A stretch of DNA of 64,000 nt, from the NCBI RefSeq assembly GCF_006345805.1, contig NC_042998.1, positions 84,506,001-84,570,000 on the forward strand. The letters are read 5' to 3'. The notes under the pieces are model-generated. The model was not told the origin of the DNA and did no database searches. It saw only the letters and a program-made list of their open reading frames with translations. This document shows, in pieces, positions 53,630-64,000 of this stretch (positions within the stretch are counted from its first letter, which is position 1; the number at the start of each line of letters is the position of its first letter). The DNA is from Octopus sinensis. Its lineage: Eukaryota. The translations under genes were made by a program, and so were the position numbers.

Positions 53630-54060
53630 TACTAAAATTTCAGTAAAAAAGAAAGACAGGACCCTGCTATCATCAGAAGAATGCTGTGCTTGATATGAGA
53701 AAGTATCAGGTAGAAATTCCATACAGCATATCTAATGTAGATTATGTATGTATAAGATGTGTAGTGGGACCAGATTTGGACTGACAGTGAACATAGATTT
53801 TTATAAGTGATAGATGTACTGGAGCAGTTAGTAGTAACAGTACAAGCATAATAAATTACACCAAATACTTACAAGGCTCACAAAAAGTAGTTGATAACTT
53901 TCATTTACCTTGTTGAGATAATTAGTAGTAGAGGTGGGTATATTGATAGCATAGGAGCCAGACTAGGGATATATAATCTTTGGTAGCAATAAAGAATTTA
54001 GCTTTCTGAGTGAAGGCAGATTATACAGTGTTTGCGAATGAAATGTCATGACAGTTGGTG
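53630..54060 (+). pseudogene. highly decayed RTE-LINE fragment
   Basis: Remnants of the zinc-finger/thumb region (GGTAGAAATTCCATACAG; AAAGTAGTTGATAACTTTCATTTACCT). Confidence 0.55.
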
Positions 54061-54477
54061 ACAGTGTCAAGTGCTTGTGCAACATCCTATATACTTCATT
54101 TTAATGGCTCTGAGGAAGCTATAGGATGTTTTACAAGTACCCAGCTCCAACTCCTGCTTCTTATAACAGAAATAGCTGTAAGCTAATGAGAGTGACTCTT
54201 GTTCTTTTGGCATTCATTAATTGAGATATAAGAACACAAGTGGGGTTCAAAATTTTGAACCCCACTTATGTCCTTTGTTCTTTTATAATGTCTCACTTGG
54301 AATCATCCTTGAGTTGGATCTACAGTTTATATTGGATTGGGTACCTATGCATACTTACAGCATACAGCAACCAAGAACTTTAAGTTGCTCCAGCATATTG
54401 TAAGCTCAGTACCTGGCCTATCTAGACCGCCTACATGTTAAAATACCTAGATTCTAATGAACCCTGCTACATTTCAT

Positions 54478-54516
<39 letters not shown>

Positions 54517-55424
54517 CACACACATGGCTGCATGGAGTTTGTATTTCCCTTGTGATCACCAATTTGTAAACATCTCGGAGAATAGGAACCCATTCAACTT
54601 AAGCCATTATGTAAAGTGGACACAGGACAGTGGTGGTAATGATGATGCTGGGGGTGGTAACGATGGTTTTCTTTTGCCCTGGGTTAGTTCTGCTTGAATG
54701 GAACTATGAGTTCCAACCACAATTATCTTGTCTCTGCACATATGAGTGTGTGTACGTAATCTTAACACTGATCTAGAATTTAGATTTTGTGGTAGTGGTA
54801 TTGATGATGATGATGACGATGATAGTGTTGGTAGCGGTTGTGGAAATGATGGTGGTGGTGTTGTTCTGCTCTGGGTTAGCTCTGCTTGAAGAGTTCCAAC
54901 CACAATCATCCCAACTGTTTTCAGACAAAGCATAGCTAGAATTACATTATCCAATCTGTCTGTATTTATTTAAGATAGAGAGGTGTATTATGAGGGAAAT
55001 TCTCTTGCTATTTCCAGCAGTTTCAATAACTGTGAGGAACAAGCCAACAAAGGGTTCTCCATATAATCATTCACCTTGCAAAGTACAGCAGCCAAATCTC
55101 CCTCAAATTATACCTCACCATCTTAAAAGACAGTTGGACACATTAAATAATGTACACCTAGATAGCTACCTAAAAGGCATTACTGTCATGGTGGGATTGC
55201 CTTTGATGACATGTTTGGTCAAAGTTGACAGGAGCTCAATAAGAGACAGAAACAAATAACCAGACAGCCTGCCAGACAGATAGACAAACTGGCAGACAAA
55301 CAGACAGAGACAGAGTGACAAAGAGACTGTGAAAGAGAGTGAGTGAGTGAATGGGAATGACAAGGTGACAAATAGAGAGACAGTATTAGATTGACAAAAA
55401 TAATGGGAGATGAGAGACGCATAA

Positions 55425-55636
55425 AGACACACACACACACACCTACATACATACATACATACACACACCTACATACATACATACATACACACACCTACAT
55501 ACATACATACACACACCTACATACATACATACACACACCTACATACATACATACACACACCTACATACACCCCACACACCTACATACACCCCACACACCT
55601 ACATACACCCCCCACACACCTACATTCCCCCCACAC

Positions 55637-55668
<32 letters not shown>

Positions 55669-55712
55669 CACACACACACACATACATACATACATACATA
55701 CATACATACATA
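55425..55712. repeat. (CA)/(TACA)/(CACACCTACATAC) compound microsatellite
   Basis: Seen directly. Confidence 0.9.
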
Positions 55713-55800
55713 CAAACAAGGTTGAAAAGAAACATATGAGTTGATGTATATGGAAAAAAGTCAATGTAGAAAATGCTAAAACAATTTTATAAATTCATTT

Positions 55801-55836
55801 CCGTACCGGTTTCAGTCATTAAGATTTTTTCAACTG
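55801..55836 (-). ncRNA. minimal hammerhead (U3-A8 core) in the 3' pLTR, with stem mismatches
   Basis: CAG-TTGAAAA-AATC-TTAAT-GACT-GAAA-CCGG-TA-CGG. Confidence 0.55.
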
Positions 55837-57804
55837 TAAGTATGGAAAACAAATTTTGGAAAAATTAAAAAGTTTTTTTTGAAGAATATTTGTATAGTAT
55901 TCAAATACAAAGTGCATTTTCCTTGTTTCTGCCTGTCTCTGTCTCTTGTTTACTCTTGTGAGTTGGAGGTCATTGTGAATTCTTGGTAAGGAAGAAGAAG
56001 AATGTGGGAGTGCCATGAGAATAGTATGTTAAATGGTCAAGTGCCCCGAAAGTGACCCATTGTGGATGGTAGTAGTGATTGAATTCTTGAGACATTTTTT
56101 TTAATGCTTTGTTTATAAAATTTGCGTAAGTGTTATTCTAAACAGCAATAGTGGTAAAGTTAGGAAGGAGGTGGCAGAGAGGAAGAAGATGAAGGAGAAA
56201 GAGAAGGGAGAATAAGTAGGAATATGGTCTAGTGACCTAAAAGTGGATCCTTATGGATTATAGCAGTGATTGGGACGGTTTTTTAATGAATTCTTGGGAA
56301 TCTCTTGAGTGTATCATTTTTAATATTTGCGTGTGTATTTGTGTTTATTCTAAGGCGATATGTCGTTTGTTGTAGATGCAAACAAAAGGGGTCTGTATTT
56401 TGTAATAAAGAGAGTCTCTTTACTAATTCGTTGGCTACAGGTTGTATCGTCACTGATTTGGTAGAGGGGAAAATTCTGAAGCTTGGATCGATGAGTTAGC
56501 TGAATGCTATTTTTCTGTTTTGGGGAATTTTGATCTGGGATCTGTGCAGAGCCTTTCTTTTACATAGACTGTTTTTTGTTTGGCCTATGTATTTACCCAG
56601 AGCAGGTTAGTGCATATATCAGGTTTTCTGAAGCACATGTGAAGTTGCTTTTCACTGTGAAACATTGTCCCTGTTTGAAGGAGAACTCTGATCACTCAAT
56701 TAAATTGATGCATATCCCACAGTTGGGTCTTCCGCATTTTTTTACTGAGGGCTGCTGTGTTGTTATTGAGAGTGTTTGGGCTTGTGTTAGGAGACTTTCC
56801 ATAGATTTGGGTTGTCTCTTGCTTTTTATGATGGTGTGTGTTTGGAGGATTAAATTCATTCTGTGGTCCTTTTTTAGCAGGGGAATGTATTGAGGGATGG
56901 TGTCGAAGGCTTCATTATTAAGAGGGTTGTGTGTGGATATGTATGGTAGGGCTTTTCGTTGTAAATCCTTTAATTTGGGATGTCTGAGTTCCTAGATGTT
57001 GAGTTGAATGGCACAAAAGCATATGTCAATTAGTGAAGGTGGGTAGTTCCTGGTGATGAGCTAATCCTTTAGTTCATGTAGCCATGTGTCTCTGGTGTTT
57101 GCATTAGAAACAATAGTACATATCCTTTTTGCTAGGTTGAAGGGGATATTCATTCTGGTGTGTCTGGGGTGGCATGAGTTGAACAGTAGATATTACTGTC
57201 CATGGGCTTATAGTATATATCAGTTTCTATTACATTGTTAGATTTCTTAATGAGGATGTCAAGGAAGGGAAGTTGTTGATGGCTATATTCCATCATGAAT
57301 TGAATGTTTACGTCAAGTCCATTTATATGTACTTGGAATTCTTTAAGTTTCTCTATATTTTCATGCCAAAGAATGAAACAGTCATCAAGGTATCTCTTCC
57401 AGTTATTTTCTATGTAGAGGGAGAATGGGCTGCTGTATTTTTCTAGAACATTTCAATAAAGACATCTAGATATCCCATGACTAGGTTAGCAAAGGAGGGG
57501 GCCATTCACATACCCATCGCAGTCTCCGATTTTTATTGAGAGAAGTTGTCTTTGAAGACAAAGTAGTTATTTTTCAGGATGAATTTTAGCCCTTCTATCA
57601 TGAATTCTTTTTTGATGCGACGTGGGAGTTCATTGTGGGAGTTCTTCTTCTTCCCTACCAAGAATTCACAACAATCTTGAACCCACAAGAGACAGAGACA
57701 GGCAAAAACATGAGAAATGCCATTTGTATTTGAATACTATACAAATATTCTTTGAAAAAACTTTTCTTTTAGTTTTTTCAAAATTTAATTGTTTTCCATA
57801 CTTA

Positions 57805-57840
57805 CAGTTGAAAAAGTCTCAATGACTGAAACCAGTACTG
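57805..57840 (+). ncRNA. minimal hammerhead (U3-A8 core) in the inverted pLTR
   Basis: CAG-TTGAAAA-AGTC-TCAAT-GACT-GAAA-CCAG-TA-CTG. Confidence 0.65.
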
Positions 57841-58143
57841 AAATGTTTTTTATAAAATTATTTTAGCATTTTCTACCTTGACTTTTTTTCCATATATCAT
57901 CATCATCATCATCATCATCGTTTAACGTCCACTTTCCGCGCTAGCACGGGTTGGACGGTTCGACCGGGTCTGGGAAGCCAGGGGCCGCTCCAGGCTCCAG
58001 TCTGAATCTGGCAGAGTTTCTATGGCTGGATGCCCTTCCTAACGCCAACCACTCCGTGAGTGGATTGGGTGCTTTTTACGTGCCACCTGCACAGGGGCCG
58101 GAGGGTCCGGCATCGGTCACGATCGGTTCGAGCTTTTAACGTG

Positions 58144-59997
58144 TCAGCGGCACGGGGGCAACAAGGTCCGGGGTACTTTGGGGATCGGGATACTTTGGGG
58201 ATCCAGGGTACTTTGGGGATCCGGGGTACTTAGAATGGGTAGGGGGTATGGGGTAGGGGGTATGGGGTAGGGGGTATGGGGTAGGGGGTATGTGGAATTG
58301 CTGCAGAAAGCAGCCCGGGTCTTTGTAGTCACAGCATATCTCCAGAGATCTCGGTCCTTCGCCATTGCCTCAGTGAGGCCCAATGCTCTGAGGTCATGCT
58401 TGACTACCTCATCCCATGTCTTCCTGGGTCTACCTCTCCCCCTGATACCTTCAACTGTTTGGGAGTGGCACTTCTTCACACATCTCTCTTCATCCATCCG
58501 CAGCACATGACCATACCATCGCAAGCGTCGCTCTTGCACACCACATCTGATGCTTCTTATATCCAGCATTTCTCTCAGGATGCTTACACTCTGTCTTGCG
58601 TGCACACTGACACTACACATCCAGCGGATCATGCTAGCTTCATTTCTTTCAAGTCTACGCATGTCTTCTGCAGTCACAGCCCATGTTTCATTACCGTGAA
58701 GCATGGCAGTTTGCACACATGCATCATACAATCTACCTTTTGCTCTGAGGGAGAGACCTTTTGTTGCCAGTAGGGGTAGGAGCTTTCTGAACTTTGCCCA
58801 GGCTATTCGTATTCTAGTGGTGATACTCTCTGTGCATCCACCTCCGCTACTAACTTGGTCACCCAGGTAGCGGAAACTATCAACTACTTCTAGTTTCTCT
58901 CCCTGGAGTGTGATGGAATCTGTTTTCTGAGTGTCTGTTGTGTCTATTGTCCCTGTGCATCTGCCGCACATGAAAGCTATCTTATCTGTTAATTTCCCTT
59001 TAATGTTGCTGCACCTCTTATGTGTCCATAACTTACATTGGGTGCATCTTATGGAGTTTCTACCTGTACTTTTCCTACAGGTTGAGCAGGGCCACCTACC
59101 CGAGGGGGTGTGTGCTGAGTACCTCTTGCTGCTTACTAATACTTTGGTCTTTGCTACATTTATTCTAAGGCCCTTTGATTCCAACCCTTGCTTCCACACC
59201 CGAAATTTCTCTTCTAGTTCCGGTAGTGATTCTGCTATGAGAGCTAGGTCATCGGCATAGAGGAGCTCCCAGGGGCATCCCGTTTTGAATTCCTCTGTTA
59301 TTGCCTGAAGGACTATGATGAATAAAAGGGGACTGAGGGCTGAGCCCTGGTGCACACCTACTTCTACCCGGAATTCTTCACTATATTCGTTGCCAATCCT
59401 AACCTTGCTGACAGCCTCTCTGTATAGAGCCTGTACAGCCCTTATTAGCCATTCTTCAATCTCCAGTTTCCGCATCGACCACCAGATAAGGGAACGGGGA
59501 ACCCTGTCAAAGGCTTTCTCCAAGTCTACAAAAGCTATGTAGAGGGGTTTATCTTTAGCTAGGTACTTCTCCTGCAGTTGTCGGACCAGGAATATAGCAT
59601 CAGTGGTGCTTCTACCTGGTACAAAACCGAACTGCATTTCATCTAAACAAATTCTCTCCCTAATGAGATTGGTTATGACCTTCTCTGAGACCTTCATCAC
59701 CTGGTCCAACAGTTTGATACCTCTGTAGTTATTTCTATCTAGAGCATCACCCTTACCCTTGTAGCAGTTGACTATGGTGCTGCTGCACCAGTCATTGGGT
59801 ATGACTCCATTGTGAACTACCTGGTTTACAATGCGGGTGACTATGGCATAGCCCACATAGCCTTCATGTAAAGATTCAGCAGTGATTCCTGATAGGCCAG
59901 GGGCTTTGCCTGGTTTCATATCCTTAATTGCCTTATCTACAAGGGAGCTGTCTATTCGGGTAGCTGGTCCCTCTACTGGGTCAACATTTGGCAGGCT
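58144..59997 (-). CDS. RTE LINE ORF remnant: reverse transcriptase + PHD-type Cys/His finger + C-terminal domain; no endonuclease and no true start
   Basis: Motifs KAPG, NYRGIKLL, QFGFVPGRST, DLEKAFDRV, GVHQGSALSPLLF, LLYADDLAL, FRYLG, RLRWYGHVLRM, RGRPRKTW; no stops. Confidence 0.93.
   Translation of the reverse strand, partial: SLPNVDPVEGPATRIDSSLVDKAIKDMKPGKAPGLSGITAESLHEGYVGYAIVTRIVNQVVHNGVIPNDWCSSTIVNCYKGKGDALDRNNYRGIKLLDQVMKVSEKVITNLIRERICLDEMQFGFVPGRSTTDAIFLVRQLQEKYLAKDKPLYIAFVDLEKAFDRVPRSLIWWSMRKLEIEEWLIRAVQALYREAVSKVRIGNEYSEEFRVEVGVHQGSALSPLLFIIVLQAITEEFKTGCPWELLYADDLALIAESLPELEEKFRVWKQGLESKGLRINVAKTKVLVSSKRYSAHTPSGRWPCSTCRKSTGRNSIRCTQCKLWTHKRCSNIKGKLTDKIAFMCGRCTGTIDTTDTQKTDSITLQGEKLEVVDSFRYLGDQVSSGGGCTESITTRIRIAWAKFRKLLPLLATKGLSLRAKGRLYDACVQTAMLHGNETWAVTAEDMRRLERNEASMIRWMCSVSVHARQSVSILREMLDIRSIRCGVQERRLRWYGHVLRMDEERCVKKCHSQTVEGIRGRGRPRKTWDEVVKHDLRALGLTEAMAKDRDLWRYAVTTKTRAAFCSNSTYPLPHTPYPIPPTPYPLPILSTPDPQSTLDPQSIPIPKVPRTLLPPCR
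58169..58290 (+). repeat. G-rich tandem repeats: 17-bp GGGGTACTTTGGGGATC x~4, then 14-bp GGGGTAGGGGGTAT x~4
   Basis: Seen directly, in the LINE 3' region. Confidence 0.9.
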
Positions 59998-60005
59998 TAT
60001 ATATA

Positions 60006-60050
<45 letters not shown>

Positions 60051-60053
60051 ATA

Positions 60054-60198
60054 TTGGCGTTAGGAAGGGCATCCAGCCGTAGAAACACTGCCAGATTTGA
60101 CTGGGCCTGATGAAGCCTTCTGGCTTCACAGACCCCAGTAGAACCGTCCAACCCATGCTAGCATGGAAAATGGACGCTAAACGATGATGATAATGATG
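60054..60198 (+). mobile_element. RTE-LINE 3' tail, inverted relative to the adjacent LINE
   Basis: TTGGCGTTAGGAAGGGCATCCAGCC...GGACGCTAAACGATGATGAT. Confidence 0.88.
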
Positions 60199-60489
60199 AG
60201 AGATAGAGATCTAGAGATATTATCGGACAGACAGATGGGCAGACATGCAGGTAGAAGGGAAGACAGGTAGATATGTAGGCAAGAAGACAGGTAAACAGAC
60301 AGGGAAGTAAGCGGGACAGGTAAATGGGTAGATAGGTGGGCTGGACATTTTTTTTTCTTCTGTTGCAGGAGTTGTACTGAAATGTTTGTAAATCTGTAAT
60401 GGAATGTTAAAGGTGTTTTACAGTTGAATACATATGTGAGTAGCAACCACTCAGATGTGAAGGAAGAGGGAGCACTATTTTCAGCTTGG

Positions 60490-60618
60490 TAGACAGAGAT
60501 AGATAGACAGACAGACATAGAAAAAGATAGATAGATAGACATAGAAAAAGATAGATAGATAGATAGATAGATAGACATAGAAAAAGATAGATAGATAGAT
60601 AGATAGATAGACATAGAA

Positions 60619-60655
<37 letters not shown>

Positions 60656-60934
60656 CATAGAAAAAGATAGATAGACAGGCAGACATAGAAAAAGATAGAT
60701 AGATAGACAGACAGACATAGAAAAAGATAGATAGATAGATAGATAGATAGACAGACATAGAAAAAGATAGATAGATAGACAGACATAGAAAAAGATAAAT
60801 AGATAGACAGACAGACAGAAAAAGATAGATAGATAGACAGACAAAAGAAGATAGATAGACAGACATAGAAAAAGATAGATAGATAGACAGACAGACATAG
60901 AAAAAGATAGATAGATAGACAGACAGACAGAAAA

Positions 60935-60965
<31 letters not shown>

Positions 60966-61182
60966 AAAAGATAGATAGATAGACAGACAGACAGAAAAAG
61001 ATAGATAGATAGACAGACAGAAAAAGATAGATAGATAGACAGACAGAAAAAGATAGATAGATAGATATATAGACAGACAAAAGAAGATAGACATAGAAAA
61101 AGATAGATAGACAGACATAGAAAAAGATAGATAGATAGACATAGAAAAAGATAGATAAATAGACATAGAAAAAGACAGATAG
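60490..61182. repeat. (AGAT)/(AGAC) microsatellite with a higher-order AGAAAA-punctuated unit
   Basis: Seen directly. Confidence 0.95.
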
Positions 61183-62058
61183 TAGATGAGAGAGAATGAT
61201 GTTCAGGAATATATTAGGTCATTAGGGCATCACTACCACTATGGAAAACAGCCTTCATGTAAAGATTCAAAGGAAGAATTAAAAAAAACAAAACATTGGA
61301 ATGGTTTCCCTATTATCTTCAAGTCTATTGGATGATTTGAATTTAGTGCTGCAAGCTAAAGAGGCAATTATTCAGATCGGTGAGTTGGTAGAAATGGTAA
61401 AGTGCCAAAATAAATACTTTTTAAATTATCATTCCAGCAACATTGCTGGTTTCAAATCTCACCAAACTTAGTTTTAGTTGATATTATAATTCTAATTGCA
61501 TCTACCCTGTTGACAGGCAAAATACTGAAGCTTTTGTCTGAGATAAAGTCTCTTGTGAAAGTGCTGCATTTTAAAACACTATGTATCCAGAGGGAGACAA
61601 AAAAAAAAACATCCTAGGGGTGGCTAGCAAAAATGCCAGATGCATTTACAATGAAGACATGAGCAAGGAATAGATTCTAAAGATTCAGTGTTTTTGTGTG
61701 AATTCTTTCATTAAAAATAACATCTTGCATCATGATAATCATAATAATTACTTAAAACACACATTTATCATTATACTAATTTTTGTTATACTTTCAAAAT
61801 ATTATGCTAATCTTTACAACATGTAAGACACATGATGGCCATTCAAAAGTACATAAAGACAACTTTATATAAACACTATTTGGTTCCAAAATTTTCAGCG
61901 CATGAACTGTGACCTGGTCAGTGATACAATTCTACTGCAACTCGGTGTAACTGTGTCAGTTGCTGATGGTGCAATGAAAATTTTAACACCAAATAATATT
62001 CAAGTTCAGTTAACACTTTTTGAATCGTTGATGAGTCTATCACACTGAAATTGCTTAC

Positions 62059-62156
62059 TAGACAAATACATCTCTGAGATATGTTTTTTACATTATAAGA
62101 ATTTAGAAACTTTCTGGGATTTGAAGAGTCATTTTTAACAGTAGAACTCTCGGCAA
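62059..62156 (-). CDS. candidate exon (AESSTVKNDSSNPRKFLNSYNVKNISQRCICL)
   Basis: Good donor CTA|gtaagc, weak acceptor gtcag|TT; phase 1 matches the 62236 exon across a 79-nt intron. Confidence 0.3.
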
Positions 62157-62235
62157 CTGACCTTTTACAACTCATGGGTTTTTGTGTTTTTTTTTAAAAA
62201 AACAATATTCTACATGCTATTATTTATAGCTTTAC

Positions 62236-62335
62236 CTACTTCAAGTTCTGTTCCAAATGATATACTATTCCACATTATCATCAAAGGCTGTCCAATGTAG
62301 ATCTGCGACTGCCTAGTCACAGATATTCTAATCCA
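62236..62335 (-). CDS. candidate exon (WIRISVTRQSQIYIGQPLMIMWNSISFGTELEV)
   Basis: aattttgactag|...TAG|gtaaag, 100 nt, open in phase 0. Confidence 0.3.
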
Positions 62336-62415
62336 CTAGTCAAAATTATAAATCAAAAGAAGTACAACTTCAAAACAATTTCAATTAGAGCCAAATAAAA
62401 TATTGTATAACTTAC

Positions 62416-62645
62416 CAAAATAAAGTAATAATTGTTTTTATCCGCAAAAAGAAAGAGAAAGTTGGAATCGTATATATTATTTCCAAGTGTTAATAAATAT
62501 GAACAATTTCACCATTAAGTGGGCAAAGTGCTTGCAAACTAACTGTGTAATTCCCTGTTGCTTCAAGTATTTGTTCACATCTTAACTGGTGAAGAATTGT
62601 AGCATAGTAAGTTTCCATTCTACTATGAAATTACTTTCCGATGAG
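62416..62645 (-). pseudogene. exon-like segment with strong splice sites but no continuous frame
   Basis: gtttttctattatag|...TTG|gtaagt, 230 nt; all three frames contain stops. Confidence 0.35.
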
Positions 62646-64000
62646 CTATAATAGAAAAACAAATTTAAGGTGAGATAAATTGATATATGAATATTACATT
62701 CTAATTATACTGTAAATGAAATATTTCATTTGTCATTCAGTACTAATCAAAGCCACACGAAAAATAATATAGTCCTAGACACATCATGAAGTCAGATTGT
62801 GTGTGTGTGTATGTGTGCAGGTGTATACATGCATATGTGTGCATGTGTATATGTTAATATTTGGGTTGCTAACAGATGTAACACTTGAGTTATTTCTCAT
62901 ATTCAGTTTTCAAATATATCTGTCTTTATTTTGTTTCTTCTAAAATACATTCATATTAGATTTCACTTCATCTCCTTTGCCCTTTCTTGCTTATTATTCA
63001 TCTTTGTAATTCCTAATTTCTATAAATAAACACATTTCAGTATTCAAACTAATGTTTTTTCAAAGTTTCTACATAACAAAACAATCTATTTGTCAACAAA
63101 GATTTAAATGAATTTAAATTTACTATCAACTAGTTTATGGTTCTTTTATCCAGCCTATGGTCTATTGTTTTAATAAAAAATCACATCCTAATTTTATACA
63201 TACCTCATTATTATCATCATTACCATCAATTTATGTCAACTTTCAATTAGGAGCAGTTACATACACTGGTACTAGTCTATATTATATTGGTGTTGTTTCT
63301 AAGGTCAGGTGACATTCTTCTCACCAATCACTTTACAAAGTGTACATGGCATATTATCTCATTGCACCAGCACTAGAAAGCTTTATAAGTCCTCAGAAAG
63401 ACAGGGCTAATGGGACCTTACAGCCCTATGCTTTCTCTACTCATTTGTGTTAATTAATTTTAACCATCACTTACATCATTGTTGAGAGGCAAAGTTGAGG
63501 ACAGCATAATTTGAAATACTACATTCTGAGTTCAAATTCCACTGAGGTTCATCTTGCCTGTCATCTTTCCTTTTAGCTGAGGGGAGGGCAGGTGATATAA
63601 TCCACTGTTTCCCTCCTTCCAAATTTCTAGCCTTGTGCCTATGTGTACTTGGTGCATTTTTGTGGCACCAGCATAAGGAGGTTGTCAAGTCATCAATGAG
63701 ACAGGACTAAGGGACATCAACTCACCCACTAATCACTAAGTGCGAAGGGCAGGCTTTTCATTATAACAGAGGGGTGAGTGCCTTGTATGCCATAAGTACA
63801 GAGAGGAAGCAATAACCTAAGACCTGTACTTGAGCCTAGGTAATATAATTGAGGAAGTGTGCTGGGGTAAACATGTGCAAGCAACAATCTTCATCATCAA
63901 GACTGCAAGAGATCCATTTATTTCATTATATATATGGTAAAGGCCCCTTCTGTCATGAATGACCATGGGATTGCACCTAGAAGGTTACCCTCTGAAGCAC

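Larger units (their letters stand above)
55747..57896 (-). mobile_element. 5'-truncated, frameshifted Penelope-like retroelement (RT + GIY-YIG) with inverted pseudo-LTRs (about 55747-56000 and 57642-57896)
   Basis: Minus-strand remnants APSFANLVMGYL, NWKRYLDDCFILW, LPFLDILIK, TDIYYKP, SCHPRHTRMNIPFNLAKRICTIVS, CGRPNCGIC and NFTCASENLIYALTCSG/YIGQT; the two ends are about 250-bp inverted copies. Confidence 0.92.
57896..59997 (-). mobile_element. 5'-truncated RTE-clade LINE with 3' UTR and (GAT)n tail
   Basis: RT ORF, 3' end shared with many tail copies, (CAT)n at 57896-57919; truncated at a (TA)n tract. Confidence 0.95.

Noticed and set aside
59998-60156. N-terminal ~53 aa of the 670-aa ORF
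   Set aside because: Chance read-through from an inverted RTE tail and (TA)n; not part of the LINE protein
60177-61166. 329-, 199- and 163-aa ORFs
   Set aside because: Translations of the GATA/GACA repeat
61898-62047. Plus-strand exon-like frame (RMNCDLVSDTILLQLGVTVSVADGAMKILTPNN...)
   Set aside because: No partner plus-strand exons found and neighbouring splice signals favour the minus strand; cannot be excluded without RNA data

Overview
AT-rich, repeat-dense eukaryotic (animal) DNA. The SINE/LINE repertoire resembles what I recall of Octopus (coleoid cephalopod) genomes; this is inference. Most of the window looks intronic. It carries many copies of two or three tRNA-derived SINE families, many RTE-LINE 3' tails, one 5'-truncated RTE LINE with an uninterrupted RT + PHD-type finger ORF (57.9-60.0 kb, minus) and a decayed Penelope-like element (RT + GIY-YIG, 55.7-57.9 kb) with inverted pseudo-LTRs. 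It also holds hAT, mariner and piggyBac-like MITEs, a composite Helitron, an R4/Dong-type LINE tail, and micro/minisatellites. Candidate GT-AG exons on the minus strand chain largely in phase into an unidentified gene ending at 1927; two exon-like segments contain stops, so it may be decaying. The most striking signal is a set of minimal type I hammerhead ribozymes in three unrelated foldback or Penelope-pLTR-like elements. One is a canonical pair on opposite strands of a 278-bp-arm hairpin (15.7-16.4 kb). The others are rare U3-A8 core variants, in a 331-bp retrozyme-like unit (32.5-32.9 kb) and in the Penelope pLTRs. Repeat boundaries were read by eye and are approximate.
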